A DNA stretch of 64,000 nucleotides from an uncultured Candidatus Saccharibacteria bacterium (GTDB lineage: Bacteria; Patescibacteriota; Minisyncoccia; Phycocordibacterales; UBA918), in contig CAYOAM010000001.1 in the NCBI GenBank assembly GCA_964402035.1, forward strand, positions 24,261 through 88,260, written 5' to 3'. A model generated the notes under the pieces. The model did no database searches and had not been told where the DNA came from. It was given only the letters and a program-made list of their open reading frames with translations. The translations under genes and the position numbers were made by a program. Each line of letters starts with the position of its first letter. Positions within the stretch are counted from its first letter, which is position 1. This document shows positions 19,402-30,082 of this stretch, piece after piece.

Positions 19402-19474
19402 TCCGCCCACCAGGGCTCGAACCTGGGACCTTATCCTTAAGAGGGATCTGCTCTACCAACTGAGCTATGAGCGG
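19402..19474 (-). tRNA. tRNA-Lys(CTT)
   Basis: CCGCTCA/TGGGCGG acceptor stem, TAGCTCAGTTGGTAGAGC, loop CT-CTT-AA, GGTTCGAGCCC. Confidence 0.93.
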
Positions 19475-19597
19475 ATATGTAATTGTGGCAACGGTGTTCG
19501 GGCATTATCGTACCTTATATTCCTGCATTTCTCAACACTATTTTTTGAATGCTATACTAATCTTGATGTTATTGATATCAGCATTTGCAATATACAT

Positions 19598-19966
19598 ATG
19601 TCAGACATAGATCATGCGTTGAGAGAAGTTGAAGAAAAGATTAGAAAGGACAACGACCTATTGCATAAAGCTCAGGCAGAAGCGGAGAAGACGACCAAAG
19701 ACATAACTGCAAAGGAGCTTCAGTTGAGTAAAGATCTATCTGAACTTGAGAGAGCTCACAAGAAAGCGGTCGATGTTATAAATGCCAAGTTTGAGACTGA
19801 ACTCAGGGCTCTCCGGGCAGAAAAGAAGAAAGATGAAGAAGCAATTTCTACCGCAAAAGGGGACTTCATACGCCATGGTAAAAAATTGGAGGAGCTAAAG
19901 CGTGCGATAGAAAAGGCGCAACATGATTCTCAAGGAAAAAGTGCTTCTAGCTCTAGGAGTTGGTAG
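19598..19966 (+). CDS. Coiled-coil hypothetical protein
   Basis: MSDIDHALREVEEKIRK..., K/E/A-rich heptads; the upstream extension in the ORF track overlaps the tRNA and is spurious. Confidence 0.75.
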   Translation: MSDIDHALREVEEKIRKDNDLLHKAQAEAEKTTKDITAKELQLSKDLSELERAHKKAVDVINAKFETELRALRAEKKKDEEAISTAKGDFIRHGKKLEELKRAIEKAQHDSQGKSASSSRSW

Positions 19967-20023
19967 ATATTTTTCCACCCCGTATAAGTACATGGATGTA
20001 GCTGTTGGTTGTAGAATAGAGGT

Positions 20024-20185
20024 ATGATTAAACCAATAGAGTCCTATCCGTTGTTTGGTTTTGTTGCGTGGGGGATTGTGATTGTGTTTGCACTCTTTAC
20101 GCTTTCACTTGCAATGAAGCTGCAGAAAATAGCAACCGATCTGCAATTAGTCACCGAGACACTTTCAGAAACGACGAAGCGCTAG
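20024..20185 (+). CDS. 53-aa small membrane protein
   Basis: MIKPIESYPLFGFVAWGIVIVFALFTLSLAMKLQKIATDLQLVTETLSETTKR; SD agagg; below the ORF-track cutoff. Confidence 0.55.
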   Translation: MIKPIESYPLFGFVAWGIVIVFALFTLSLAMKLQKIATDLQLVTETLSETTKR

Positions 20186-20258
20186 GTCTGAATTTCATGC
20201 GACAGCTAGATTTCGGGGCTGCTGTTTTTGCTGATAAAATCTGCTATGATCCTGTCAT

Positions 20259-20342
20259 GCCGGGGTGGTGAAATTGGTAGACACGCGACACTTAAAATGT
20301 CGTGAGCGCAAGCTCATATGGGTTCGATTCCCATCCCTGGCA
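20259..20342 (+). tRNA. tRNA-Leu(TAA)
   Basis: GCCGGGG/CCCTGGC acceptor stem, CGACA-CT-TAA-AA-TGTCG, variable arm, GTTCGATTCC. Confidence 0.95.
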
Positions 20343-20463
20343 CATGAATGAAGTGAATGGCGGGTAGTAGTGTGCAGGGCACACTACTACGGGAATCGAA
20401 GAGGTTGTTGACGATTTCGACCATCGGGAGAAATTGTCCTACAACCTGTACTGAACATGTAAT

Positions 20464-20486
20464 GTTCGATTCCTATCCCTGGCACA
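20464..20486 (+). repeat. Direct repeat of the tRNA-Leu(TAA) 3' end
   Basis: gttcgattccTatccctggcaca vs gttcgattccCatccctggcaca (22/23). Confidence 0.85.
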
Positions 20487-20581
20487 AAATAAGCGTAGTG
20501 TTTTTTGGAGAGATATACCGATATGTAGGTGCCACCATCTATGAGTGTTTGTCTATAGAAAGCCATGCTAGACTTTAGGAT

Positions 20582-21337
20582 ATGGAACGATCGTTCTTGA
20601 ACGATGTATCGAAAGCTGTGATGACGACGCGGCGTCCAGTTGAGCGTCATAAAACTTTAAAAAATATTCTAGCGGCCCTGATAATGGGGGGCTTATTTGT
20701 GGCCGGTGGAGTATCTCTTGTTGAGAGTTTGTCGTTTGTCGCACGTGCCAAACTTACAGATGGAAAAATAGTATCGGTACAAGATGCAAAATCAAATGGG
20801 GATACGATGTATAAACTTGTTGTTGAATTTGTATCGGCCGATGGCACGGTAAGACAGTTCAGTTCGAAGGTGTCTTCGTCGGATCCACGTGGCGCTGTTG
20901 GGGGCAGGGTATCCGTGCTCTACGATCCGAATGTTCCCACCGATGCACGAATCAAAAGTATTGTCGATCTATATTTTCTTCCACTGGCTTTTGTTGGTAT
21001 GGGATCTCTCTGTGTACTAGTATTTTTTGTGCACGCAATAATTGCTTATCGGGTGCGTGCACGAGAAAAGAGACTGCGGCAAACAGGAAGGTTGGTGCAG
21101 GCTACGATAACGGGCATTCAGCGCGCCCTGGTAAAAACAGAAAGGTACTCCTACTATGTTATCCAAGGTCAGTGGCATGACTCTTCTACTAATTTAATAC
21201 ACTTTATTGAAAGTGAGTTCGTTCCTTATGATCCTTCAGAATTCATTAAAGATAGAAAGGACATTTCAGTGTATATTAATCCATTAAATGCTGACGATTA
21301 TTGGGTTGATATTTCATTTTTACCCGCAGTGAGATGA
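20582..21337 (+). CDS. DUF3592-like membrane protein (tandem domains)
   Basis: TM helix, G.IV...Y..VVEF, V.VLYDP..P..A, second TM helix, I.VYINP.N.DDY. Confidence 0.75.
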   Translation: MERSFLNDVSKAVMTTRRPVERHKTLKNILAALIMGGLFVAGGVSLVESLSFVARAKLTDGKIVSVQDAKSNGDTMYKLVVEFVSADGTVRQFSSKVSSSDPRGAVGGRVSVLYDPNVPTDARIKSIVDLYFLPLAFVGMGSLCVLVFFVHAIIAYRVRAREKRLRQTGRLVQATITGIQRALVKTERYSYYVIQGQWHDSSTNLIHFIESEFVPYDPSEFIKDRKDISVYINPLNADDYWVDISFLPAVR

Positions 21338-21356
21338 TTCAGAGCTATACATATTT

Positions 21357-21371
21357 GAGGCCTGGGCGAGA
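21357..21371 (-). repeat. Direct repeat of the tRNA-Cys 3' end
   Basis: gaggcctgggcgaga is identical to 21592-21606. Confidence 0.8.
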
Positions 21372-21444
21372 TCGTCCTGACGGATCACAATATTTTTGCT
21401 ATATTTCATACCAAAATACATAACGACCTCCTTTTGTTTTTAGA

Positions 21445-21590
21445 GTCACGAATCACTAAGCAAAATACTTTGTATTTATGCTAAGTGTTCTTGACCACGC
21501 CTCGTTTTTTGCTCCGCCTGAGAGCGAAGCAAAATGACTGCGGCCCCTCCGTGTATGAAAAAACAGCATGTAAATGCTGTTTTTTCTCAC
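21445..21590 (-). repeat. Single 3-hairpin module at the tRNA-Cys 3' end
   Basis: gtcacgaat-hairpin-ttcttgaccacgcctcg-hairpin-cctccgtg...cacggagg. Confidence 0.8.
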
Positions 21591-21592
21591 GG

Positions 21593-21664
21593 AGGCCTGG
21601 GCGAGAATCGAACTCGCGTGTATCGGTTTTGCAAACCGCTGTGTTACCACTTCACCACCAGGCC
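21593..21664 (-). tRNA. tRNA-Cys(GCA)
   Basis: GGCCTGG/CCAGGCC acceptor stem, U discriminator, loop TT-GCA-AA, GTTCGATTC. Confidence 0.93.
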
Positions 21665-21695
21665 TTTTCAGGCGCTCAGCATTGTATCAGGTTTT

Positions 21696-22016
21696 CTAGG
21701 TCAACTCGATTGTATCGAGATGTTGGCGGTGCTTTTCGCCAACATCTATTTTGAAATCAAAGAAGGGAAGGTACTTGAGGCTCGCGTTCTTCTTTACGTA
21801 GCCACGAAACTCGGCACCTTTGCGCTTTAAAAAAACGAGCGCATGCTCTTCTTCGCTTTCAGGATACACTGTAACAAATATTGTGGCTTGGCCAAAGTCC
21901 GCACCGACCTTGGCGTCGGTCACGGTTATGAGGGGTGGTGTGTTTGCTTCTTCACGGATAAAACTGGCGGCAAGCTCGCGATATATCGATAGTGCTCTGT
22001 CGTTTCGGTCAAACAT
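21696..22016 (-). CDS. rbfA: Ribosome-binding factor A
   Basis: LITVT....D...A.IFVTV...LKYLP...F..D; downstream of infB. Confidence 0.88.
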   Translation of the reverse strand: MFDRNDRALSIYRELAASFIREEANTPPLITVTDAKVGADFGQATIFVTVYPESEEEHALVFLKRKGAEFRGYVKKNASLKYLPFFDFKIDVGEKHRQHLDTIELT

Positions 22017-22027
22017 ACGTTATTTTA

Positions 22028-22150
22028 AAACATGTCTATAAAACTTCAGCTGCGCGGCACCAAGGAGCGAGGACCCGAGGCGTACTTGCTGTACGGTGAG
22101 TGGTCCGAGCGACGCAGGTAACAAAGCAGGTGGAGTTTTTAGGCATGTTT
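22028..22150. mobile_element. About 125-bp palindromic MITE-like element, copy 2 (between infB and rbfA)
   Basis: aaacatgtcta..aaacttcagctgc / gcaggtggagttttt-aggcatgttt terminal inverted repeats; homologous to 9245-9375. Confidence 0.65.
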
Positions 22151-23653
22151 CTATGAGATCACAATCTTGAAGGAAGCAATAGTGTCCCCCGGCACAACAT
22201 CAGCCTTAGTATCAAGTTGCATACCAAATTCACCGTCAGACACGGTATCGACATTTGCTTTTTGCTGTTGCAAATTTTTGATCACCCCGCGGCCTAGTTC
22301 TAGGTCACGACGAAAAACGCGAACATGATGACCAACGGACAGTGTTCCTTGGAGGACACGTCCACCAAGTACGTGTGTTGATTTCTGTACACTAAACTCT
22401 TTGAGGATTTTTGCTTCGCCAGTCTTCTCCTCCGTCTCTTTCTTCGGTGTGCGGAGAATCAGTGCTTCCTGCAGCCATTCGGCAAGCTTGTAGATGATGT
22501 CAAAGGTCTTGATTTCAACACCGAGTCGTTCAGCAAGGTCGGTTGCAGAACGCTCGACGATGACGTTGAAGCCGACAATAATAGCTCCTTGTGTCGATCC
22601 AATATTTTTGATGTCATTTTCGGTAATAGCTCCCACCCCACGACTGATGATCTGTACGGTGACACGGTCGGATGCGAACTTTGCAATTTCATGTTCAATA
22701 GCATCGATCGTGCCGAGTACGTCAGCCTTGATACAGATAGGTATCAACGGAAGTGACGAACGGACCGTCGCTGCGGCTGCTGGTTTCTTGTACGCTGCAA
22801 CCGCCACCTCCGCTTCTTTTTTGCTGCTCACGGTCGAAAATACATCACCGACATTGGGTACTCCTGAAAAACCGATGATACGTACAGGGATTGAAAGTCC
22901 TGCTTCCTTGATCGTTTTTCCTGCGAAATTTTCCATGATACGTACCGGGGCAAATGTTGTGCCTGAGACGACGAAGTCACCACTTTTCAAAAGCCCATTT
23001 TTTACAATCAGTGTTGCTGATGTGCCGCGCTTTGGATCAAGATTCGCTTCGATAACGAGTCCAGTTGCCGACGCGGTCTGATCACCGGTGAGTTCTGCCA
23101 TTTCGGAAGCCAAGGTCAACACCTCAAGTAGGGTGTCGATACCTTCACCTGTCTTTGCAGATATAGGAACGTAAGGCACATCACCACCCATGCCCTCTAG
23201 GTAAATTTCATTTTCAATAAGGTTGGCTTTGGTACGCTCCACGTTTGCAGCAGGGCGATCGATTTTGTTGATTGCAACAATGTAGGGGATCTTGGCAGTT
23301 TTGATGCAGGTCAATGCTTCGAGTGTTTGCGGCTTTACACCTTCTTCTGCGGAGACGACGAGAATTGCAATATCGGCAACATCGGCACCACGCAGGCGCA
23401 TCTTTTGAAAGGCTTCATGTCCAGGAGTATCGAGGAAGGTAATGAGCCGCTTTTCGCTGGTGTCCTTCATGGTGTGCTCCACAACATAGGCGGAGAGGTG
23501 CTGGGTGATCCCACCCGCTTCTTTTTCTACGATATTGGTCTTGCGGATATAATCAAGGAGTGTCGATTTTCCATGGTCAATATGCCCCATGACAACCGCA
23601 ATAGGGTGTCGGGTGACGATTTCTGATGTGGTGGTGGGTGTCTTTTTGGCCAT
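22151..23653 (-). CDS. infB: Translation initiation factor IF-2 (short form)
   Basis: GHIDHGKST, EAGGITQH, DTPGH, NKID. Confidence 0.96.
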   Translation of the reverse strand: MAKKTPTTTSEIVTRHPIAVVMGHIDHGKSTLLDYIRKTNIVEKEAGGITQHLSAYVVEHTMKDTSEKRLITFLDTPGHEAFQKMRLRGADVADIAILVVSAEEGVKPQTLEALTCIKTAKIPYIVAINKIDRPAANVERTKANLIENEIYLEGMGGDVPYVPISAKTGEGIDTLLEVLTLASEMAELTGDQTASATGLVIEANLDPKRGTSATLIVKNGLLKSGDFVVSGTTFAPVRIMENFAGKTIKEAGLSIPVRIIGFSGVPNVGDVFSTVSSKKEAEVAVAAYKKPAAAATVRSSLPLIPICIKADVLGTIDAIEHEIAKFASDRVTVQIISRGVGAITENDIKNIGSTQGAIIVGFNVIVERSATDLAERLGVEIKTFDIIYKLAEWLQEALILRTPKKETEEKTGEAKILKEFSVQKSTHVLGGRVLQGTLSVGHHVRVFRRDLELGRGVIKNLQQQKANVDTVSDGEFGMQLDTKADVVPGDTIASFKIVIS

Positions 23654-23788
23654 GGTAGATACAGCATTATCTCAAGCATTGGGGACAGAAAACGGCCAGA
23701 GAGAGCTTTGAGAAAAAGTGTATTCGTGAGTATAGCAGGTTTTTTCACTTTTTTCATACTTTTGTCAAATCCGTGCTATCTTTTTTGT

Positions 23789-25021
23789 ATGAAGCCTATG
23801 TCAATGTTGAAACGATTTTTTGGCAAAACGCGCATTTATCTTGATTATGCTGCTGCGACCCCGGTGCGCAAGGAGGTCGCTGTTGCCATGGCGCCGTTTA
23901 TGCGTGGCGATTTTGGCAATGCGAGTGCTATACATGCGGAGGGTCGGTTTGCGCGGAAGGCAATTGAACAGTCGCGAAAGTTAGTTGCGGAGCTGCTCCG
24001 TGTACGAAAGGAAGAAGTTTTTTTTGTGTCAGGAGGCACGGAAGCGAACAACCTCGCTCTTGTTGGTGTCATCGAGGCTTTGGCGTCCAGTGGGCGTTCG
24101 TATAGCGATTGTGAAGTGATAACGACAGCGATTGAGCACCCGTCTATTCTAGGTGTACTAGCGCGTCTCAAAGAAAAAGGTGTCGTGGTACATACAATAC
24201 CAGTCAATACCACCGGACTCGTTGATCTGTCACAGTTTAAGCGCATGCTTTCTCCAAAGACCGTGTTGGTGTCGATTGCATACGCAAACAGTGAAATTGG
24301 TGTTGTGCAGGACATAAAGAAAATTTCCCATGGTGTCCGTCAATATCAACGCGATTCTCCTCAGGCAAACATATCTATACACGTGGATGCGAGTCAAGCG
24401 CCACTGTATCTACCATGCGCACTAAATAGTCTTGGCGTTGATCTTATGACGCTTGATGCCGGAAAAATGTATGGACCGAAGGGTGTTGGGGTCCTCATAA
24501 AAAAACATGCAGTTGCACTGCAGCCGCTTTTTATTGGTGGCGATCAAGAGGGTGGTGTGCGACCAGGCACCGAGAACACCGCGCTCATCGTAGGGTGTGC
24601 CGAGGCACTATGTATCGCACTTAAAGAGCAAGAAGCGCGCGTACAAAAAGTACGAGCACTGCGCGATTATGCTTTTGATGAAATAAACCAGTACATTTCT
24701 GGCGTATTAGTAAATGGGTCTCTTGATGAGCGGATCGCAAACAATATCAATATCTCAATTCCGGGTATCGATGGGGAGTTTGCTGCGGTCACGCTCGATA
24801 CGCACGGCATTGCGGTCTCAACAAAAAGTGCCTGTTCAGGACTCACGGGGAGTGGGTCCGCGGTCATCTATGCGATGGGTGGCGACGACGCACGTGCGCT
24901 ATCAACGATCCGCATGACACTAGGAGAAGAGACTACAAAAGGGGAGATTGACCACATGGTACGTGTCCTCAAAACCCATGTCGAAAAAACCCGGCAAGCC
25001 CTTGACCAACTACATAAATAG
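23789..25021 (+). CDS. Cysteine desulfurase (IscS/NifS family)
   Basis: IYLDYAAATP, SGGTEANN, IEHPS, K.YGPKG, STKSAC. Confidence 0.9.
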   Translation: MKPMSMLKRFFGKTRIYLDYAAATPVRKEVAVAMAPFMRGDFGNASAIHAEGRFARKAIEQSRKLVAELLRVRKEEVFFVSGGTEANNLALVGVIEALASSGRSYSDCEVITTAIEHPSILGVLARLKEKGVVVHTIPVNTTGLVDLSQFKRMLSPKTVLVSIAYANSEIGVVQDIKKISHGVRQYQRDSPQANISIHVDASQAPLYLPCALNSLGVDLMTLDAGKMYGPKGVGVLIKKHAVALQPLFIGGDQEGGVRPGTENTALIVGCAEALCIALKEQEARVQKVRALRDYAFDEINQYISGVLVNGSLDERIANNINISIPGIDGEFAAVTLDTHGIAVSTKSACSGLTGSGSAVIYAMGGDDARALSTIRMTLGEETTKGEIDHMVRVLKTHVEKTRQALDQLHK

Positions 25022-25030
25022 TGATACTAT
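25002..25030 (+). promoter_or_regulatory. Sigma70-type promoter for clpB
   Basis: TTGACC-17 bp-TACTAT with extended TG. Confidence 0.55.
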
Positions 25031-25143
25031 TTGCCCGTTAAAAGTCACAAGCGACACGTAAGAGATGTTGACCGTATAAAGGTGTCTTGAGGTGCGCGAC
25101 GTGCTTGGTATTGAGGTATCACTACCCTATAATTAGTTTTAGT

Positions 25144-27834
25144 ATGCCACCATTTCATAATTTCACTTCGAAAGCAAAAGAAGCGGTACGAAAAGCACAT
25201 GAGCTCGCAATTGAGCGTGGTCAAAATCATGTGAGCCCGGCACATTTGCTCGTCGCCCTCATGACACAGGATGAGAGTTCAGTCGTTTCTATACTCGACC
25301 GCATCGATGTGGATGTTATTACGCTCACGGATCTCTTGCTTGAAGCTATTGAGGGTCCCGATAATACACAGACGGTCTCGCAATCATATCAGCTATACCT
25401 CACTCCTGATCTCGCTCAGACTCTTGAGGCTGCGGGAAAAATGGCACAGCAATTGGGTGATAGCTACATTGGTGTTGAACATCTTTTTTTGGCAGCCCTT
25501 GAACACCCGGGTCCCACGATCGAAGTCATCAATCGCGCTGGTGTTGATAAACGAAAGGTGATGGCAGCTCTCAAAGAAGTTCGTGAGAGTGGTGTCTCAG
25601 ATGCGCAGCAGCCAAAGAAGTTTCGTGCACTCAGTAAATACACTCGCAACCTCACCAAGCTAGCCCAAGAAAACAAACTCGACCCCGTTATAGGTCGCGA
25701 CACTGAGATTCAGCGCGTTGTCCAGATTCTTTCGCGACGCACGAAAAACAATCCTGTTTTGATTGGTGAAGCGGGCGTGGGAAAGACCGCCATTGCGGAA
25801 GGTCTTGCTATGTCTATCGTACAAGGCAATACTCCTGAATCACTCAAAAACAAAGAATTATTGTCACTTGATCTTGGACTTTTGATTGCCGGCACGAAGT
25901 TTCGTGGAGAGTTTGAAGAGCGTCTCAAGGCGATCATGAAAGAGGTGCAGCAAGCAGAAGGCTCCGTGATTCTTTTTATCGATGAACTCCATACGATCGT
26001 CGGAGCGGGTGCGGCAGAGGGCGCCATCGACGCGTCAAATATGATGAAGCCAGCGCTCGCGCGTGGAGAATTTCGTGTCATTGGTGCTACAACTCTCAAG
26101 GAGTATCAAAAATATATAGAACGCGATCCAGCACTCACACGTCGTTTCCAGCCCGTCTATGTCAATGAGCCATCGCAAGAAGATGCGATTGCTATCTTGC
26201 GTGGTATTTCAGAGAAGTATGAAATCTTCCATGGAGTACGTATCACTGACGATGCTATTGTCGCAGCGGTCGAGCTATCAGCTCGCTATATCACCGATCG
26301 CTTTTTACCTGACAAAGCAGTCGATCTTATTGATGAAGCAGCAGCATCACTCCGTATTTCTCTTGAAAACAAACCACAAGAATTGGCTGATGCTGATCGC
26401 AAAATTCGTCGTCTCGAAATCGAGCGTGAAGCTTTGAAAAAAGAGGAAGAAATAGCTGAGGACAAGCGCAAGTTGCGCACTCGTACCAAGGAGATTGATG
26501 GTGAAATTGCAGAACTCAAGCAAAAGACCAGCAACCTTGAGACAAAATGGAATAACGAGCGCGACACGCTCAATGATATTCGTGCGATGAAAAAAGAATT
26601 GGAAAGTTTGCGTCTTGAAGCGGAATCAGCAGAAGTCGCGGCAGAGCTCGGTCGTACTGCAGAGATCCGATATGGCAAAATTCCACTATTGGAAAAGAAA
26701 CTGGAAGAGAAAACAGCACGACTTAAAAAGGTACAGCGAAACCAGCGCCTCCTGCGTGAAGAAGTAACCGAAGAAGATATCGCGACGGTCGTATCACGAT
26801 GGACCGGTGTCCCCGTATCACGAATGCTAGAAGCGGAAGCTGCAAAGCTATCTCGCATGGAAGAAGTGCTCACAGCGCGTGTCGTGGGTCAAGAAGATGC
26901 CGTGAAGCGTATTGCAGATGCAGTCAAACGTTCACGAGCAGGCATTGCGGATCCCAACAGGCCGATCGGCTCCTTCCTTTTCTTGGGTCCTACAGGAGTT
27001 GGAAAGACCGAGCTTTCACGTGCTCTTGCGCAGTTTATGTTCGATGATGAGAATGCGCTTGTACGTGTCGATATGTCTGAGTTTATGGAAAAGCATTCGG
27101 TATCAAAAATTATCGGCTCTCCACCAGGATATGTAGGTCACGAGGAGGGAGGTACGATCACCGAGCTTGTCCGACATCGCCCGTATTCGGTGATATTGCT
27201 CGATGAAATTGAAAAAGCACATCCTGAAGTCTTTAACATCCTGCTCCAAGTGTTGGACTCTGGACATCTGACTGATGCAAAGGGTCGCAAGGTGAACTTC
27301 AAAAATGCGGTCATTATTATGACATCTAATATTGGTGCTGAGCACATCGACCGCATGTCAAAACTCGGTTTTGCACCAAAAGCAGATGACAAGGCACAGT
27401 ATGGGCAAGCAAAAGACAAGGTCCTTGAAAGTCTGCGTCACTATTTCCGACCGGAGTTTCTCAATCGTCTCGATGAGATCATAGTCTTTGATATTCTTGC
27501 GCCGCATGTCATCAAGGATATTGTACGCATGCAGATCGATCTTGTGCGCGCTCGCCTTACACAAAAGGATGTTGAAATGGTACTGACTGATGAGGTATAT
27601 GAGTACCTTGCGACGAAGGGATACAATCCACAATACGGAGCGCGACCATTAAAGCGTTTGATCCAGTCAAAGATCTTGACTCCGGTAGCATCTATGATGA
27701 TTGCCGAAGGTATGCTTAAGGGTGGAAAGGTTATGGTGTCGATGAAGGGTGAGGAGTTTAAGTTTGACGTAAAACGAAAGGCGGGGAAGGGTCGTGTACC
27801 GACCGCGGTCCCAGAAACAGTATCCGTGGCATAA
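25144..27834 (+). CDS. clpB: ATP-dependent chaperone ClpB
   Basis: Two AAA+ modules ([16 protein letters not shown]), long coiled-coil M domain, GARPLKR. Confidence 0.93.
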   Translation: MPPFHNFTSKAKEAVRKAHELAIERGQNHVSPAHLLVALMTQDESSVVSILDRIDVDVITLTDLLLEAIEGPDNTQTVSQSYQLYLTPDLAQTLEAAGKMAQQLGDSYIGVEHLFLAALEHPGPTIEVINRAGVDKRKVMAALKEVRESGVSDAQQPKKFRALSKYTRNLTKLAQENKLDPVIGRDTEIQRVVQILSRRTKNNPVLIGEAGVGKTAIAEGLAMSIVQGNTPESLKNKELLSLDLGLLIAGTKFRGEFEERLKAIMKEVQQAEGSVILFIDELHTIVGAGAAEGAIDASNMMKPALARGEFRVIGATTLKEYQKYIERDPALTRRFQPVYVNEPSQEDAIAILRGISEKYEIFHGVRITDDAIVAAVELSARYITDRFLPDKAVDLIDEAAASLRISLENKPQELADADRKIRRLEIEREALKKEEEIAEDKRKLRTRTKEIDGEIAELKQKTSNLETKWNNERDTLNDIRAMKKELESLRLEAESAEVAAELGRTAEIRYGKIPLLEKKLEEKTARLKKVQRNQRLLREEVTEEDIATVVSRWTGVPVSRMLEAEAAKLSRMEEVLTARVVGQEDAVKRIADAVKRSRAGIADPNRPIGSFLFLGPTGVGKTELSRALAQFMFDDENALVRVDMSEFMEKHSVSKIIGSPPGYVGHEEGGTITELVRHRPYSVILLDEIEKAHPEVFNILLQVLDSGHLTDAKGRKVNFKNAVIIMTSNIGAEHIDRMSKLGFAPKADDKAQYGQAKDKVLESLRHYFRPEFLNRLDEIIVFDILAPHVIKDIVRMQIDLVRARLTQKDVEMVLTDEVYEYLATKGYNPQYGARPLKRLIQSKILTPVASMMIAEGMLKGGKVMVSMKGEEFKFDVKRKAGKGRVPTAVPETVSVA

Positions 27835-27848
27835 ATAAAACATATGGC

Positions 27849-27882
27849 ACGAAAAAACGAGACCGAGGTCTCGTTTTTTCGT
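27849..27882 (+). terminator. Hairpin terminator after clpB
   Basis: acgaaaaaacgagacc-ga-ggtctcgttttttcgt. Confidence 0.8.
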
Positions 27883-27898
27883 ATCTGGGCATGGTAGT

Positions 27899-30082
27899 AT
27901 GACTTCGCTTATGGAAACATGGTCTCGCAATTTTATTGTGTACGCTACGTATGCAACAGCATTCCTGCCGTATTTTTTTTGGAATGCACTACTATTTCCA
28001 GGTGTAACGACAAAATCCTTTGTCTTTTTTGCTTTGACAGCATGTGTGGCAGTATTGTTTGCGTATCGACTGTATCTTGGGTACGAACGAGAAATTAAAA
28101 TTACGCCATTGCAGGTAAGTTTTGTTGTACTGGTGGGGCTGTTCATAGTCACGTCGTTCTTTGCAGAAAATCCCCAACTGGCTCTATGGAGCACAATCGG
28201 TCGCATGGAGGGTGCGTTTTTTTGGTTGCATATGGCAGTGTGGTTTGTCATTACCTCAACCGTATTGACTCGACACGAATGGATGAACTTTATTAGGACA
28301 GCAACTATTGCCGGCGCTGGTGTTGTTTGTTTGGGGTTGCTCCAGTTTGCTGGCTATTTTGCAATGGATGATCGTGTAGATATTTTGTTTTCAAATCCGA
28401 TTTACCTCGCCGTCTACGCCTTGTGGATTTTTGGGTTGAGCATTTTCTTGTGTTCTCAGACTAGTGATTTTAGGCAGACATATGGCTACATAGTAATCGC
28501 TCTATTCTCGCTCATTGTTATTGTCCTTACATCAACACGAAGCGTTATTATAGGGCTAGGAGGAGGTGCGTTCGTTGCCGCCATGTTCTATGTATTTCTA
28601 CGGACAACGTTGCCTTCGGTACGCCGCAGCATCTTGCTTACTCTTGCTGTTCTTATATTAGGATTCGGTGGAATCTTGGCGCTCGCTCACACACATACCT
28701 ATGACATGCCACTACTTGTTGATCGTCTGGATGAAGTGGTATCTAAACCAATAACAGATCAACCACGATATTTTATGTGGGTCGCATCGTTGCGTGGATT
28801 TAGTGAACGACCACAAGGGTGGGGGCTCGAGCAGTACGCAAGTGTATTTGATCGCTTTGTGCAACCACAATACTTTAATCCACAGATTGTGCCGCATGAC
28901 GAACTGTGGGTCGACCGCACACACAATATGTATCTTGAGGTACTTGTTGCGGGTGGCTTTGCAGCTTTTTTTTCATATATATTTTTCTGCATATATATAG
29001 GGTACATGGTATGGAGGAAGTCTTCTCTCAGTGTCATCGGCCGCTTGGTGTTGTTGGGTCTATTAGTGGCATACCTGATTCATAATCTGTTTGCGTTCGA
29101 TACGCTCATGAGTTTGTTAGTATTTTTAAGTGTATGTAGTTTTATCGGAGCCACATCGCAAGAGACACAATTTAGACTTAATAAACCTCTGATCGTGCAT
29201 GGTTGTGCCGTGTTGCTCTGTGTATTTGCGGCCGTATCCTTGATGTCTATATATCCACGCGCAGTATTTACGTATGAGATGCGGGCTGCGCTCAATACAT
29301 ACGCTCATGATATTGGTGCCGGAACTAAAGAACTCGCAGCACTCACTGCACGGGATGTTGTTCTACCTGATAGAGATCTTGCGGAACAAACCCTGTATGC
29401 AAAGTTGTTGGAAACGATGGACTCAGGAGAGTTTTCAAAATATAGCCAAAATTTTGAATCAGTATTATCTGGCGTCACAGCAGCAGGTACCAGAACGGAT
29501 TGGCGCTCACTACGTACCGTATATCTGCGGGGGCTTTTTCTCAAACGGTCTGGCTTACCACATGAGGCACTACCATACTTGCATGAAGTCCATGATCGTA
29601 TGTCTCAGAAATTTGCGCTAACGGCAGAATTAGTACGAGTCCATCGTGACCTGCATGATTTTGAACGCATGGCATATTATGCAAAGGAGATGTACGACTT
29701 TGATCTATCGAATAGAGATGCAGCCGCACTCTATGCGTCAGCACTCATATATGAGGGAAAGGCCGATGCATCACAACAACTACTAAAGAAAGCTTTTGGA
29801 TCGACCAACGTTGTCCATCTTGATCTTATTCGTGCTCGCATAGATACTGGTGAGCTCCAGTTAGCAAAGGAACAGGCTTCAGCGCTGACGGTGGCGTATT
29901 ATGACAGTCCAATATCCTGGTCACTACTTGCCGAAGCACAGTATCTGTCAGGAGACATAGAGCGAGCAAAACGAACCATTGATCGCGGTTTAGAAAAAGT
30001 AAGTCGACAAAAACAGCTGCTAACAATGCTCCGGGATGGCATCAAGAAAGGTGATCCAGATTTTACGATTCTGAATCCGTAA
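27899..30082 (+). CDS. O-antigen ligase-like (Wzy_C) membrane protein with C-terminal TPR-like helices
   Basis: Multiple TM helices, NP.YLA, T.TR, P..GWG, DRTHN.YL. Confidence 0.85.
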   Translation: MTSLMETWSRNFIVYATYATAFLPYFFWNALLFPGVTTKSFVFFALTACVAVLFAYRLYLGYEREIKITPLQVSFVVLVGLFIVTSFFAENPQLALWSTIGRMEGAFFWLHMAVWFVITSTVLTRHEWMNFIRTATIAGAGVVCLGLLQFAGYFAMDDRVDILFSNPIYLAVYALWIFGLSIFLCSQTSDFRQTYGYIVIALFSLIVIVLTSTRSVIIGLGGGAFVAAMFYVFLRTTLPSVRRSILLTLAVLILGFGGILALAHTHTYDMPLLVDRLDEVVSKPITDQPRYFMWVASLRGFSERPQGWGLEQYASVFDRFVQPQYFNPQIVPHDELWVDRTHNMYLEVLVAGGFAAFFSYIFFCIYIGYMVWRKSSLSVIGRLVLLGLLVAYLIHNLFAFDTLMSLLVFLSVCSFIGATSQETQFRLNKPLIVHGCAVLLCVFAAVSLMSIYPRAVFTYEMRAALNTYAHDIGAGTKELAALTARDVVLPDRDLAEQTLYAKLLETMDSGEFSKYSQNFESVLSGVTAAGTRTDWRSLRTVYLRGLFLKRSGLPHEALPYLHEVHDRMSQKFALTAELVRVHRDLHDFERMAYYAKEMYDFDLSNRDAAALYASALIYEGKADASQQLLKKAFGSTNVVHLDLIRARIDTGELQLAKEQASALTVAYYDSPISWSLLAEAQYLSGDIERAKRTIDRGLEKVSRQKQLLTMLRDGIKKGDPDFTILNP

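Noticed and set aside
18279-19463. ORF-track proteins over the repeat/tRNA region (e.g. repeated EKFTSVNLFV)
   Set aside because: These are translations of the DNA repeats and tRNAs, with no SD or protein family motif.
22494-27633. Long antisense ORFs inside infB and clpB (similar ones in gyrA and dus)
   Set aside because: These are shadow ORFs opposite well-conserved genes, with no motifs.
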